From Candidatus Marinacidobacterales bacterium (GTDB lineage Bacteria > Acidobacteriota > Vicinamibacteria > Marinacidobacterales > SMYC01): a stretch of 64,000 bases of DNA. Below, in pieces: positions 52,258 through 63,132 of this stretch. Position 1 is the first letter of the stretch, and each line of letters starts with the position of its first letter. A model generated the notes under the pieces. The model was given only the letters and a program-made list of their open reading frames with translations, was not told where the DNA came from and did not search any database. Location of the stretch: contig CBDCYI010000004.1 of NCBI GenBank assembly GCA_965224085.1, forward strand, positions 1,056,001 to 1,120,000. Reading direction: 5' to 3'. The position numbers and the translations under genes are program-made.

Positions 52258-52524
52258 ATGAGACCGTTGCCGACCGCCGACGTCACTGTCCTCGCAATTT
52301 ACGTTGTCGGCGTGGTTCTGCTCGGCGCGTATTTCGCTCGGCACCGCCGCACTCCCGAAAGCTTTGGCTTTGGAATCGATCAGAGCTACGTGCAGTGCTA
52401 CCACGCTGCGGGCAGCGTAGCGGGTGCGAAGCGCTCGGTGTGGATAGCGGCGAGCCTCTACATCCCCATTGCGCTCGTCTTGTTCGTTACTCGGTGCGCG
52501 GCTTCGACATGGCCACTGACCTGA
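52258..52524 (+). pseudogene. Sodium:solute symporter remnant
   Basis: N-terminal D..VLAIY...GAYF...ESF fused in frame to the internal FGIDQSYVQ.Y..A...AKRS motif. Confidence 0.75.
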
Positions 52525-53483
52525 CGCTCCCGCACCGCTTCCCTCTCGGGATCTTCCCCACGCCGCTCGTCGAGGCGCCCCGTCTGTCGAAAAGGCTGGG
52601 TGGGCCACGCATTTTCATCAAACGCGACGACCTTACAGGGTTTGGATTCGGCGGGAACAAGATCCGCGGGCTCGAGCTCTTTATGGCTCAAGCGATCGCG
52701 CAGGATGCGGATGTGATCGTCACGGGCGCGGGACCTCAATCAAATCACGTGCGCGCTAGCGCAGCTGCGGCACGGGCAGCGGGGCTCGACATCGTTGCTG
52801 TGATGCACGACGCCCGACCCGACCAAGCTCGCGGTAACCTCTTCCTGGACGAGCTGCTCGACGTGGATCTGCGATTTACTGGCGATCCCGACCGCGCGCT
52901 CGTAGACACGCGCATCGACGAGGTGGCCAACGAGCTTCGCGAGAGCGGCCGAAGGCCCTATGTCATCCCGCGCGGCGGTACTAGCGGGCTCGGCGCCGTC
53001 GGCTACATCGAATGCGTGCGCGAGATGCGCGAGCAGCTTCTAGCTCGTGAGCTCTCTCCCACGTGGTTGGTCGTAACGACGGGCGCTTGCGGGACGCATG
53101 CCGGGCTCGTGGCTGGGGCCAAAATCTATCAAGCGCCGTATCGTATCCTCGGAATTACGGTCAGCCGGCCCGTCGCCGAATGCCGACGACGCATTCAGCG
53201 TTTTGCCGTCCTAGCCGCTGAAAATGTCGGCCATACCATCGACGTGGCGGAGGACACGCTATTCGTGCGCGACGGTTTCATTGGCGCTGGGTACGGTATC
53301 CCGACGCTAGAAGGCCACGAGGCGATTCGGCTCGTGGCGCAGACCGAGGGCGTGTTTCTCGATCCGACCTATACGGGAAAGACGATGGCGGGACTCATCG
53401 CCGAGATCGCGTCCAAGCGTCTGGGTCGGAAGGACACGATCGTCTACCTTCACACCGGTGGGGAGCCGGCGTTGTTCGCTTAG
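52509..53483 (+). CDS. D-cysteine desulfhydrase/ACC deaminase-family PLP enzyme
   Basis: PTPL, IKRDDLTG..GGNKIR, QSNH, LDPTYTGK, HTGG. Confidence 0.92.
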   Translation: MATDLTLPHRFPLGIFPTPLVEAPRLSKRLGGPRIFIKRDDLTGFGFGGNKIRGLELFMAQAIAQDADVIVTGAGPQSNHVRASAAAARAAGLDIVAVMHDARPDQARGNLFLDELLDVDLRFTGDPDRALVDTRIDEVANELRESGRRPYVIPRGGTSGLGAVGYIECVREMREQLLARELSPTWLVVTTGACGTHAGLVAGAKIYQAPYRILGITVSRPVAECRRRIQRFAVLAAENVGHTIDVAEDTLFVRDGFIGAGYGIPTLEGHEAIRLVAQTEGVFLDPTYTGKTMAGLIAEIASKRLGRKDTIVYLHTGGEPALFA

Positions 53484-53489
53484 CTTAGA

Positions 53490-53800
53490 CGTTCTAAACA
53501 ATCCGCTGAGCCTGATTGAATGACTCGCTCTCCAGTTCAGCTCCGACGCGTAGCACATCAGCACGATTCCACGCCTTCATGAACGGGTAGCGCTCGGCTA
53601 GCGCCACGTGCTTCTCAGTGCGATCCTGCTCTGCCCTTGAAACGCCCGTTTTCTCTTTGATATCACGTTGCGATCCCGGCTTCCGAGCTGTCCACGTTTT
53701 CCTTTCTTATTGGAAACCTGGCCCACAGCGGGCCAGGTTTCCATTTTAGCCGCTGCCTCTATTGCGTATCTCAGCGAGCCCCTGCCTGCTGGTCGCGCTC
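53490..53800 (-). pseudogene. Frameshifted remnant of a ParB-like HTH protein
   Basis: Pieces LAEIR..EAAAKMETWPAVGQVS and KPGSQRDIKEKTGVSRAEQDRTEKHVALAERYPFM. Family recognition is tentative. Confidence 0.4.
53711..53743. repeat. Perfect 14-bp-arm inverted repeat
   Basis: TGGAAACCTGGCCC-ACAGC-GGGCCAGGTTTCCA. Confidence 0.95.
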
Positions 53801-54251
53801 ACTAAACCCAACGAGCACAATTGCAAGCGGCATGCGAAGCTTCGTACGCCACGTGCAAAAACCCGCCGGCACCGAAGGGCCCTCGAATTACGGGTACACC
53901 TTCGGGCGGGTTTGTCACGGGACCACTTGCGAAGCTTCGCAAGTACGACGAGCGCAATAAGCCAAGCTCGAGCTCGACAAGCTGCTCGGCGCGACGCATG
54001 GCGGCAAGAGCGGCATACGGTACGGCGCTATTGACAGCGAGCACGTAGGCCGCTTGGCTCACGGTATCCATCCTGCGGCTTGAAGCTCAGAAATACGCTT
54101 CTCCATCGTCGCTCTAGCTTCGGGATGATCACGGAGCACTTGCCGGTTAGTCCGGATATATATTTTTTGCCAGGCTTCATAATCGTGCTTGTCGGAGGAT
54201 TTTTGGGAGGCACGCCCCACCGGTTCGCGATAAACTCCCGTCTGCACAGCG

Positions 54252-55559
54252 ATGGGCTTGCTCATTCTCGGTTTATTCAAGCGCGGCTCCCGTGGGCCGA
54301 CCCTTCACGAGGCTGCCCACGCGGGGGACCTCGATGCGGTGTCGAAGCGGCTGGTCGAGGGCGTGAACATCGACGAGCGCGGTCGCGCGCAGGCAACGCC
54401 GTTGATGCTCGCCGCACAAGAGGGCCACGTCGACGTTGTGCGAAAGCTCGTCGAGGCCGGAGCCGAGCCCAACGCGCGTAACCCGCTCGGTGTGACCCCG
54501 ATCGGCTCTGCCGCTTTCGGCGACCATACGAGCGTTGTGCGCTATCTTCTCGAAAACGGTGGCGACGTCGACGCTAAGGATCGCAAATCGACGACCCCTC
54601 TTATGATCGCCAGCCAACACGGCCAGGGCGAAACGGTGCACGTACTCGTGGAAGCTGGCGCGAACCTGGAGGCGCTCAACGATGACGGCCGCACAGCTTT
54701 GACGCTGGCTCTGCTCGAAGGGCACGACGTGATCGTGAACCTCTTGCTCGAGCTCGGAGCGGACGTCGACCTAGCAGACGCCGACGGAACGACGGCGTTG
54801 ATGCTCGCTTCGGAGGCTGGCAACGTCAAGCTTCTACATCGGCTCATCACCGTTTTTAGGGCCGACGTAAACGCTACACGGCAGGACGACACGACCGCGT
54901 TGATGACGGCGGCCTCGGTGGGAAACCGCGCCGTCGTCGACCTCCTACTCGAATCGGGAGCCGACCCGCTGGCGAAAGACCGACATGGGCTCAGCGCGTT
55001 CCTGCGGAGCGCGATGTACGGTCATCTCGATCTCGTAGAGACGATGCTGAGCCACGGCGCGGAGCCCGCCCAGGTCGACCACCTCGGTCGCGACGGGCTG
55101 ATCTTGTCGGCAACGGGAGGGCATGTCGCGCTGGCGCACTTGCTTCTCGAGCATGGCGCTCCTGTCGATTCACAAGCAGAGAATGGAACTACGGCGCTCA
55201 TTGCGGCCGCCCATGGAGGGTACGAGGAGCTCGTCGAGCTTCTTTTGACGCGAGGCGCCGCTGTCGACGTCAAGACACGGCAAGGGGAGACGGCACTCTT
55301 CAAAGCTGCAGAAGAGGGCCGCACCGCTTTCGTCGAGCGGCTCGCCGAGGCGGGCGCTGACGTCAATGTCGCCGACACCCACGGGCGGACGCCACTGACG
55401 ATCGCCGCTCTAAACGCTAATTGCGATCTCATCGAAACACTCCTGCGACGAAACGCGACCCTCGCACCCGCCGAAGCCAAACGACTCACGACCCTCGCTG
55501 AGCAACAAGGGCTCTCGGATGTAGCGGCGTTACTCCGAGACTTACACTCGGCACAGTAA
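54252..55559 (+). CDS. Ankyrin-repeat protein (about 11-12 repeats)
   Basis: Repeated G.TPLM.AA..GH..VV..LL..GADVN units. Confidence 0.95.
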   Translation: MGLLILGLFKRGSRGPTLHEAAHAGDLDAVSKRLVEGVNIDERGRAQATPLMLAAQEGHVDVVRKLVEAGAEPNARNPLGVTPIGSAAFGDHTSVVRYLLENGGDVDAKDRKSTTPLMIASQHGQGETVHVLVEAGANLEALNDDGRTALTLALLEGHDVIVNLLLELGADVDLADADGTTALMLASEAGNVKLLHRLITVFRADVNATRQDDTTALMTAASVGNRAVVDLLLESGADPLAKDRHGLSAFLRSAMYGHLDLVETMLSHGAEPAQVDHLGRDGLILSATGGHVALAHLLLEHGAPVDSQAENGTTALIAAAHGGYEELVELLLTRGAAVDVKTRQGETALFKAAEEGRTAFVERLAEAGADVNVADTHGRTPLTIAALNANCDLIETLLRRNATLAPAEAKRLTTLAEQQGLSDVAALLRDLHSAQ

Positions 55560-55574
55560 AGGAGCTTTAAGCGC

Positions 55575-57770
55575 ATGTCTCATTCTCTGAAGGGAGCGAT
55601 CCTGGGCCTGGGCCTGGCCCTCCTCGTCCTCGGGGGGGCCTCGCCTCTCCAATCTGCGGAAGATTCGAATCTCAAAGGGTTTCTGAAAGATGAGATCGAG
55701 ACGCAACGCGAATGGGAAGAAAAATATCGCTCGATCCCCGAGCCTGCCAATCTTCGCGAGTACATGCGCATCATCACCGAAGAGCCGCACATAGCCGGCC
55801 TACCCGGCAGTAAGAAAGTCGCCGAGTACATCCACGCGCAGTTCAAGTCATGGGGCCTCAACGCGTGGATCGAGGAAACGCAAGCGCTGATGCCGCTCCC
55901 GATCGAACGTCATGTCGAGCTTCTCGAGCCAGACAACTACGTGCTTCTGCTTCGCGAGCCACCCGTCTTGAACGACAAAGACTCTGCTGATGATGGGTCG
56001 CTTCCGACCTACAACGCCTACGCAGCCGACGGAGATGTCACCGGTCAGCTCATCTACGTGAATTACGGGATCCCGGAGGACTACGAAACGCTTCAGTCCA
56101 AAGGCCTCAGTGTAGAAGGCAAAATCGTCATCGCCCTCTACGGCCGAAGCTGGCGCGGCATCAAAGCCAAGCTCGCACAAACCCATGGCGCGATCGCCTG
56201 CCTCATCTATTCCGACCCTCGTGATGACGGCTACTACCAGGGGCAAACTTATCCAGACGGGCCTTATCGCCCCGAGCATGGCGTGCAACGCGGCAGCATC
56301 ATGGATATGCCCGTTCACCCCGGCGACCCACTGAGCCCGGGCTTCGGCGCCAAGACGGATCAAGAACGACTCGAGCTCAGTGAAGCGAAGACGCTCGTCA
56401 AGATCCCGGTTCTTCCCATTTCCTATGGTGACGCGCTCCCTCTGTTGAAAAACTTGCGCGGCGAGGTCGCGCCCGAGGACTGGCGCGGCGCGCTTCCCAT
56501 CACCTACCACATCGGACCGGGGCCGTCGAAAGTGCGCGTAAAGCTCGCGATCGAGTGGAAGAGCCGTCCGCTCTACAACGTCATCGCCAGCATCGACGGG
56601 AGTGTTTATCCCGACCAATGGATCGTCCACGGAAACCATCACGACGCCTGGAACAACGGCGCCACGGACCCGACGAGCGGCAACGTCGCGTTGATGGAGA
56701 CGGCGCGCTCGTTCGCCGAGCTGATGAAGCAAGGATGGAAGCCGAAGCGCACGATCGTCCTCGCGTCCTGGGACGGCGAAGAATGGGGTCTGCTCGGCTC
56801 TACCGAGTGGGCGGAGACACACAAGGAAGAGCTCACCGAGAAAGGTGTGGTGTACATCAATAGCGATAGCAGCGGAAAAGGCTGGCTCGGGATGTCGGGA
56901 AGCCATACGCTCCAAGAGCTCGTCAACGATGTCATCCGCGACATCCCTGACCCCGAGCGCGGGGTCAGTGTTTGGGAGGCAGCACGACGACGGCGGATCG
57001 AGACGGCCGATAGCGATGAAGACCGCGCGGAAATCGAGCAGACCGACGATCTCCGGATCGGGGCGCTCGGCTCTGGCTCCGACTACACTGTATTTCTCGA
57101 CCACCTGACGATGGCGTCCTTGAACCTCGGCTTCGGCGGCGACAGCCCGGGCGGCATCTACCATTCGAACTACGACTCGTTCGATTGGTATACACGTTTC
57201 TCTGACGGGTCTTTCGTTTTTGGCCGCGCCTTGTCGCAAACCATCGGCACCACGATCATGCGGCTCGCGAACGCCACCGTACTCCCGTTCAACTTCACCG
57301 ATCTTTCCGACACGATGAGCCGCTACGTCGAAGAGATCAAACAAGAGCACGAAGAGCGGGAGAACGCGCCAGAGATCGACCTCGCTCCTGTGGAAGCCGC
57401 GCTCGCGAAGCTGAGCGAAGCAGGCGAAGAGTACGAGCGCGCGCTCGAGAAGCTCGCCACGATGAGCTCGAGCGCGGTGCAGTCACAACCCGAGCTCGAG
57501 CGGCTAAACCAGCTTCTCTACACGTCGGAGCGGCGGCTCTCCCACGACGAAGGCCTCCCCGAGCGGGAGTGGTTCCGCCACCAGGTTTACGCGCCGGGCT
57601 TTTATACAGGCTACGGGGTCAAGACGATTCCGGGTATCCGCGAAGGACTGGAAGAAGAAGCGTGGGAAGAAGCGAAATATTACGTCACCGTTGTCTCCCA
57701 GGCACTCTCCGAATTGGTCGCGCAAGTCCAGCAAGAGCGTGCTCTAGTGGATGGCCTAGCGTCGAACTAG
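55575..57770 (+). CDS. Secreted M28 peptidase (glutamate carboxypeptidase II/TfR-like, PA domain)
   Basis: YVNYG, VQRGS, NHHDAW, WDGEEWGLLGSTEW, GSGSDY, YHS.YD. Confidence 0.93.
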   Translation: MSHSLKGAILGLGLALLVLGGASPLQSAEDSNLKGFLKDEIETQREWEEKYRSIPEPANLREYMRIITEEPHIAGLPGSKKVAEYIHAQFKSWGLNAWIEETQALMPLPIERHVELLEPDNYVLLLREPPVLNDKDSADDGSLPTYNAYAADGDVTGQLIYVNYGIPEDYETLQSKGLSVEGKIVIALYGRSWRGIKAKLAQTHGAIACLIYSDPRDDGYYQGQTYPDGPYRPEHGVQRGSIMDMPVHPGDPLSPGFGAKTDQERLELSEAKTLVKIPVLPISYGDALPLLKNLRGEVAPEDWRGALPITYHIGPGPSKVRVKLAIEWKSRPLYNVIASIDGSVYPDQWIVHGNHHDAWNNGATDPTSGNVALMETARSFAELMKQGWKPKRTIVLASWDGEEWGLLGSTEWAETHKEELTEKGVVYINSDSSGKGWLGMSGSHTLQELVNDVIRDIPDPERGVSVWEAARRRRIETADSDEDRAEIEQTDDLRIGALGSGSDYTVFLDHLTMASLNLGFGGDSPGGIYHSNYDSFDWYTRFSDGSFVFGRALSQTIGTTIMRLANATVLPFNFTDLSDTMSRYVEEIKQEHEERENAPEIDLAPVEAALAKLSEAGEEYERALEKLATMSSSAVQSQPELERLNQLLYTSERRLSHDEGLPEREWFRHQVYAPGFYTGYGVKTIPGIREGLEEEAWEEAKYYVTVVSQALSELVAQVQQERALVDGLASN

Positions 57771-57861
57771 CGGGACCATGCGCTAAAATTGCGCTACGCG
57801 GAGATCGGGGCGCTATGCCGACGCACGTCGAAAGGCTGGGGGCACCACCACGGCCACCGCG

Positions 57862-58509
57862 TTATTCGACGGAAAGACCGGTCGGACACGCGACGCCCGT
57901 TCCGCCGAGGCCGCAATAGCCTCCCGGGTTCTTCGCGAGATATTGCTGGTGGTAGTCCTCGGCGTAGTAGAACTCCCGCGCCTGAAGAATCTCCGTCGTG
58001 ATGGGATCGTAGCCAGCCGCGCTCAGCCGCTCTTGGTAGGTTACGAGAGAAGATTCTGCCGCCTGCGCTTGCGCTTTTGAATGGGTATAGATCTCTGAGC
58101 GGTATTGGGTGCCGATATCGTTTCCCTGGCGCATGCCCTGGGTCGGATCGTGGGCCTCCCAAAACACTTTGAGGAGCTCTTCATAGCCGATGACACTCGG
58201 ATCGAACACGACCAAGACGACCTCGTTGTGACCCGTCCGTCCGGAGCAGACTTCGTGATAGGTGGGGTTCGGGGTGGAGCCGCCCGCATAGCCGACCGCG
58301 GTCGTGTGCACGCCATCGATCTCCCAGAAGACTTTCTCGGCTCCCCAAAAACACCCGAAACCGAACATCGCGGTCTCGAACATTTCTGGAAAAGGCGGCT
58401 TCAAAGGATTCCCGTTCACGAAATGCGTGTCCGGAACAGCCATTGGCTCGGCGCGGCCTGGAAGAGCGTCTTCTGGTGTCGGTAGTGTTAGCTTCTTGGT
58501 CAGAAACAT
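57862..58509 (-). CDS. msrA: Peptide methionine sulfoxide reductase A
   Basis: [39 protein letters not shown] before ATG 58509. Confidence 0.96.
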   Translation of the reverse strand: MFLTKKLTLPTPEDALPGRAEPMAVPDTHFVNGNPLKPPFPEMFETAMFGFGCFWGAEKVFWEIDGVHTTAVGYAGGSTPNPTYHEVCSGRTGHNEVVLVVFDPSVIGYEELLKVFWEAHDPTQGMRQGNDIGTQYRSEIYTHSKAQAQAAESSLVTYQERLSAAGYDPITTEILQAREFYYAEDYHQQYLAKNPGGYCGLGGTGVACPTGLSVE

Positions 58510-58567
58510 CGTGTCCTCCGCACGCCAAGTCTCGCGCGGCGTGCGGAAAGACGCAAGTCTTTCCGGG

Positions 58568-59095
58568 CTATCGAAAGGCCTCTCGCGCTTTGATTTTCGC
58601 GTCGAGGAAGTCCGCTCGCGGGACGTGCAGTAGCTCGGAAATCTTACGGACGAGATATTCCTCGCTCGGCAGAAGCTGCGCATCGGCGAATGCGACACCC
58701 CATAGGTATTGGACGACGGTCTTTTTCTGCTCGGGCGTGTAGTGCCGATCGACGAGGTTCGTGAACTCGTGGATGCGTTTCGACTGTCGCACTTCTTCCT
58801 CGGCGAAACGGACCACGGCAACGGCCTCGTCTTCCATCAGACCAAGAACATCCCGCACCCCCGCCGAGACCGCGTTGAGCTCGTCGGCGCGCAAGTCGAA
58901 GTCACAGCGCGCTACCTCGAGAAGAAGGACGGCCGTCGCGAGTTGGAGCTGGCGGTCCGACACGCGTGGTCGCTTCGCGTCTGCGCCCTCCACTTTCGCG
59001 GCAAGCTGCTCGTCGAAGAAATCCTGGATGGCTCCGAGGAGCGACTCTTTTAGCTTTAGCTCGGCCCGCAACTCGGGCGTGAGAGGTTCGGACAT
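58568..59095 (-). CDS. TerB-family protein
   Basis: [19 protein letters not shown]...[11 protein letters not shown]. Confidence 0.82.
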   Translation of the reverse strand: MSEPLTPELRAELKLKESLLGAIQDFFDEQLAAKVEGADAKRPRVSDRQLQLATAVLLLEVARCDFDLRADELNAVSAGVRDVLGLMEDEAVAVVRFAEEEVRQSKRIHEFTNLVDRHYTPEQKKTVVQYLWGVAFADAQLLPSEEYLVRKISELLHVPRADFLDAKIKAREAFR

Positions 59096-59161
59096 GGTTT
59101 AGTCTGCCGCTTTGAAAGGCTTTCTTTATTGTCACTCTCGAGCTCGGCGCGGTCAACACGC

Positions 59162-62100
59162 CTATTCGGCGCGCAGGTTCGCGAGCAGCGGCGTGCGAAA
59201 GACCGCGGTCATAGCGAGCAACGAGGACAGGAGGCCGCTCACGACGACAGCACCAAGCAGCAGGCCCAAAAAACCGCCGCCGAAGCTACCGCCCCGGGAG
59301 ACGAGCGCAGGTGCTATGGCTACCATTGCGGCGAGACTTCCTGTCAGAAGGCCGAGGAACAAAAGGAGACCGTTCTCCGCGGCGATCATGAGCGAGAAAT
59401 GGCGGTTTTCATAGCCTACGGCTCGCAGAAGCGCGAGCTCGCGCCGCCGCTCGAGCACATTGCGTAGAAGTACGGCCGCGAGCCCAAACGTTCCGAGGAC
59501 CAGCCCCAGTCCTCCTAGCGTTTGGAAAGTGGACAAGTAGGTGTTCTCCACCCGGTGGTAGCCCTCGAGCTTCTCGCTCGTGCTTTGGACGTCGAGCCCG
59601 AAATCCGCGAGGCGGGCTTCGAGAAGCGCGCTCGCTTCGTCAACACTCGCGGGAGGCGTGTCGACGAGGAAGAAGCGAAAACCATCCGCTTCGGGAAAGT
59701 GCGCGAGGAAATTCTCTTCCGAGCTCAGAAGCTCGCTTTGAAAGATGCTATCGGCGAGCGTCGCTACGAGACGTAGCCGAAGGGGAGTCTCCCCTATCCG
59801 TGACAAAACAAAGTCCTCGCCGAGGCCTAGATGGAGCACGTAGGTCATCGAGTTCGCGTCACCGATTACAGGGATGACCGGACCGACGCCGTCGGAAAAG
59901 CTCTTTCGGAGCAATAGCCAGGGATTCGCTTCCTCCTCTGGCGTCTCGGCGAGCGATGCCGAGAAGCGAAAGCGGCCCTCCTCGATGAACGCACCGTTGG
60001 CCGCGAGAAGTCGTGGGTTCTGCGGCCGGTAGAGATTCAAGCAGCTAGCGTCATCTCCGGGACGCAACCGGAAGGTCTGGATTTCCAGGTCGAGTGCGTC
60101 CGGATCCTCCGGATAGGGCAAGTTGGCGGCGTCCCGCCCCTCGAGCGTGTTCGGGTCCCAGTGGAGCGGAAGAAGCGACTCCGCCATGAGCGGATAGCCG
60201 CCACTTCCAGAATCACGGGCGAGGTCCACGGCCCGATCGTTCTTGCGAAACCCGTCGACGGCGACGATGGTAAAGCTCGCGAAAGCAATGAGTGCAACCG
60301 CCGTGAGACTTCGACCCGGGCGGTAGGTCGCGTTCCGGAAGCCGAGCCGTGCCATCGCTCCGGCACCTTGCCCGGAGACGACGCGCTTGGCCTCCGCGTT
60401 CAACGAGAGCCATTGAAACAACAAGAGCGAGACGAGAAGCAGGTTCCCGGCGCCGAAGAATCCTGCGACTTCATTGACGGCGCCCGTTCCTGCGCCCGCG
60501 ACGAGCAGCAAGCCGAGCGCTGTCGCGCTCCATGCGAGCCGTGACGCCCTGCGGGAGCTTCGCAGCTTGGACGCCGCCGTCTCACCACCGGTCTCGCCAG
60601 CGAGCAAGTTTCGCGACGAGATCTTTTCGAGATGACGGAGCGTCCAAGCGATCGCCAAACAAGCAACGCCGACGCCGCCTACGACGCCGATAAACAGCGA
60701 AGCCGCGCTAACGTGAAGCGTTAAAAGGCGCGTTCCAACGGCATCGACCCACCACGTGCGCAATCCGTACATGATGAGCCACCCGTAAGAAACGGCGATG
60801 ACGATACCGACAAGGCCCCCTATCCCCGACAGGACGACGCCTTCGAGCGTGAACAAGCGCCGCACGCGTTGCATGGGAAAGCCGAGCGCAACGAGTGTTC
60901 CGACTTCGCGAAGACGCTGCTCGACAGAAAGCTTGAAGAAAAGCCCCGTGAGCAAAAGCGCGGCGACGACGAGGAAATAGCTGAAATATACGAAGTACTC
61001 ACCGAAGTCGGTCGCACCCTCGGACGCCCGCATGCCGTCGGCCCGCGCTGCAATCACAGAATATCCCAGAGCGAGCGGGTCGAGGCGCGCCCGCAAGCCT
61101 CGCTCGAAGCCCACGGCGTCCTCCGCCTGTAGGCTTACCCGAATCGAGGTCAGCTTTCCCTGACGCACGGGCCAAATTCTTTGCCCGCGCGTGAGACGAA
61201 TGAATGCCTTCGAGCTCGTGCGGTACTCATCCCAATATTCTTCGTCTTTGTCTCGAACGCGCCGAAGGTCGATGGGAAAAGGCGGCTCCCAGTCGCCGAG
61301 ATTATCGGCGCCCGATATGCCCGGATATTCCGGTGCTAGCTCGCGATCGACACCAAAGCCTTCCATCGGGATGACGGCGTCTACGATGAACTCCGCGCTT
61401 TCGGTTACGATAAGGCCATCGTCGCGCCAGAGGTAGTACTCCATCGTCAGCGCGTCGCCGCGTTTCGCCTCGAGATCGGACGCCGCCCATTCGTTGAGCA
61501 CGAGGCTCGGCGAGAGTATCTCTTCGGAAGGCACGAGGCTCTCATAAGTGCGGCTGTCGAGCGCCGTGACGAGAGAATACGGCACTTCCCTCTCGCCGAC
61601 GCGTAGCGTATTCGCGAGATAGGTCAGAATCGAAGTCGTCTCGAGCCCTCGTTCAGCCGCTTCGTCGCGCACTGCCTCAACGACGGGACCGCTCAGCATC
61701 AAAGCGCGCGATTCGATCGCGTAGCCCTCTCCGGAGTCGAGAGCGCGTAGCTTTACGCCCAAGTCCGAAAGCGTGGCCGTCTCCTGAAGCCTTGGCTCTG
61801 CAGCACCGCTCCCTGAGATCAGAATCGTATTGACGGTTCCTTCCTGCCCGAGATCTCTCTGCAAGCGCGACAGCGGCAGAAAAACGGCCTTCACGCTGTC
61901 TTGCTGAGGATAGAGCGAGAACTCGGGCACCGCTGCCGCCTCTTGCGTCAGCCTGAGCGTACGTCCGGTGTTTTCCTTGGAACCGTGGAGCGACCCTCGG
62001 GACACCGCAGAGGGCTGCTCCACCCTCAGCAGCAAAGTATCCCCGTCAGAACTTTCGAGCTCTTCCACGAGGCTCGGCGTCAGAGTGGCGCCGCGCTGGG

Positions 62101-62464
62101 ACAGCGCCGGATCCGCCACGCCGTGAAAGGCCCAAAACCGCGCATCCACTCCATAGACTTGGACATCCGCTCGCCGACGCCCGCTCACTTCATGCGTCAG
62201 CATCCCTTCGAAGGCAATGAGCGGAACGGTGTCAGGGCCCAACTCTTCAGCGAGGGCGTCGCGAAAGAAAGTGTTGGCCACGATAACGCTCTTGGTGTTG
62301 CCTAGACGTGCCAGGAAGAGCTCCCGCAAGCTTCCGCGAACAGAATCCCCTACGAGAAGCGCGCCGGTGAGAACCCCCACCGCGACGGCCACACCGAGCA
62401 CCACTGCAACGTTGGTCCGCCAAAAATACCGAAGGCTGCGCGCGACCAACTGCCCAAACGTCAT
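59162..62464 (-). CDS. 1100-aa FtsX/MacB-type ABC permease
   Basis: [24 protein letters not shown]...[19 protein letters not shown]-coupled to the ATPase. Confidence 0.92.
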   Translation of the reverse strand: MTFGQLVARSLRYFWRTNVAVVLGVAVAVGVLTGALLVGDSVRGSLRELFLARLGNTKSVIVANTFFRDALAEELGPDTVPLIAFEGMLTHEVSGRRRADVQVYGVDARFWAFHGVADPALSQRGATLTPSLVEELESSDGDTLLLRVEQPSAVSRGSLHGSKENTGRTLRLTQEAAAVPEFSLYPQQDSVKAVFLPLSRLQRDLGQEGTVNTILISGSGAAEPRLQETATLSDLGVKLRALDSGEGYAIESRALMLSGPVVEAVRDEAAERGLETTSILTYLANTLRVGEREVPYSLVTALDSRTYESLVPSEEILSPSLVLNEWAASDLEAKRGDALTMEYYLWRDDGLIVTESAEFIVDAVIPMEGFGVDRELAPEYPGISGADNLGDWEPPFPIDLRRVRDKDEEYWDEYRTSSKAFIRLTRGQRIWPVRQGKLTSIRVSLQAEDAVGFERGLRARLDPLALGYSVIAARADGMRASEGATDFGEYFVYFSYFLVVAALLLTGLFFKLSVEQRLREVGTLVALGFPMQRVRRLFTLEGVVLSGIGGLVGIVIAVSYGWLIMYGLRTWWVDAVGTRLLTLHVSAASLFIGVVGGVGVACLAIAWTLRHLEKISSRNLLAGETGGETAASKLRSSRRASRLAWSATALGLLLVAGAGTGAVNEVAGFFGAGNLLLVSLLLFQWLSLNAEAKRVVSGQGAGAMARLGFRNATYRPGRSLTAVALIAFASFTIVAVDGFRKNDRAVDLARDSGSGGYPLMAESLLPLHWDPNTLEGRDAANLPYPEDPDALDLEIQTFRLRPGDDASCLNLYRPQNPRLLAANGAFIEEGRFRFSASLAETPEEEANPWLLLRKSFSDGVGPVIPVIGDANSMTYVLHLGLGEDFVLSRIGETPLRLRLVATLADSIFQSELLSSEENFLAHFPEADGFRFFLVDTPPASVDEASALLEARLADFGLDVQSTSEKLEGYHRVENTYLSTFQTLGGLGLVLGTFGLAAVLLRNVLERRRELALLRAVGYENRHFSLMIAAENGLLLFLGLLTGSLAAMVAIAPALVSRGGSFGGGFLGLLLGAVVVSGLLSSLLAMTAVFRTPLLANLRAE

Positions 62465-63120
62465 TCGAGAAGAACTCCGCCCCTGAGCTCCGCGCGCCTT
62501 TTGAAGCGACTCGCGAGCGCTTCACTGTGGGTTACGACGACCAGGATTCGCTCGGCCCGGGCGTCGAGGTCGAGAAGCAAGGAGGCGACGGGTTCCGAGG
62601 TCTCGCCATCTAGATTGCCGGTCGGCTCGTCACAGAGAAGAAGCGTCGGATCGCGGATGAGCGCCCGCGCAATGGCCACACGTTGCTTCTCGCCGCCCGA
62701 GAGCTCCGCCGGGCGATGCGTCAGACGGTCCTTCAGTCCGACTTGATGAACAAGGGCCTCCGCACGCTCGCGGTAAGTGCCACGAGGGGCGACAAGAGTC
62801 GGCGCCAAGACGTTCTCGAGCACGTTGCACTGCGGAAGAAGACAATGATCTTGAAACACAAAACCGATTTTCTCGTTTCGGAATGCCGCGACCGCCTTGT
62901 CGTCGAGCGCGAAGGGGTTTTCGCCATCGAGCTCGACGACGCCCGAGGTGGGCTTGTCGAGCCCGCCGAGCACGAAGAGCAGCGTGCTCTTCCCGCCGCC
63001 CGACGGGCCCATGATGGAGAGAGCGTCGCCGCGCTCGAGCGTGAGCGAGATCCCCTTGAGAACCGCGAGAGGTTCTTTTGGTGTGGGAAAATTCTTGACG
63101 AGCTCCCGTGCTTCGAGCAA
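62461..63120 (-). CDS. LolD/MacB-type ABC ATPase
   Basis: [27 protein letters not shown]. Confidence 0.95.
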   Translation of the reverse strand: MLEARELVKNFPTPKEPLAVLKGISLTLERGDALSIMGPSGGGKSTLLFVLGGLDKPTSGVVELDGENPFALDDKAVAAFRNEKIGFVFQDHCLLPQCNVLENVLAPTLVAPRGTYRERAEALVHQVGLKDRLTHRPAELSGGEKQRVAIARALIRDPTLLLCDEPTGNLDGETSEPVASLLLDLDARAERILVVVTHSEALASRFKRRAELRGGVLLE

Positions 63121-63132
63121 AACCTCGACCTT

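Noticed and set aside
52509-53483. Desulfhydrase and TonB receptor as a selenium supply module for the FDH
   Set aside because: Only proximity supports it. The genes are not co-oriented with a shared operon, and no sel genes are nearby.
57862-58821. 319-aa extended MsrA or Sec-MsrA
   Set aside because: The extension overlaps terB in another frame. The real start has an RBS at 58509 and the active site is an ordinary Cys.
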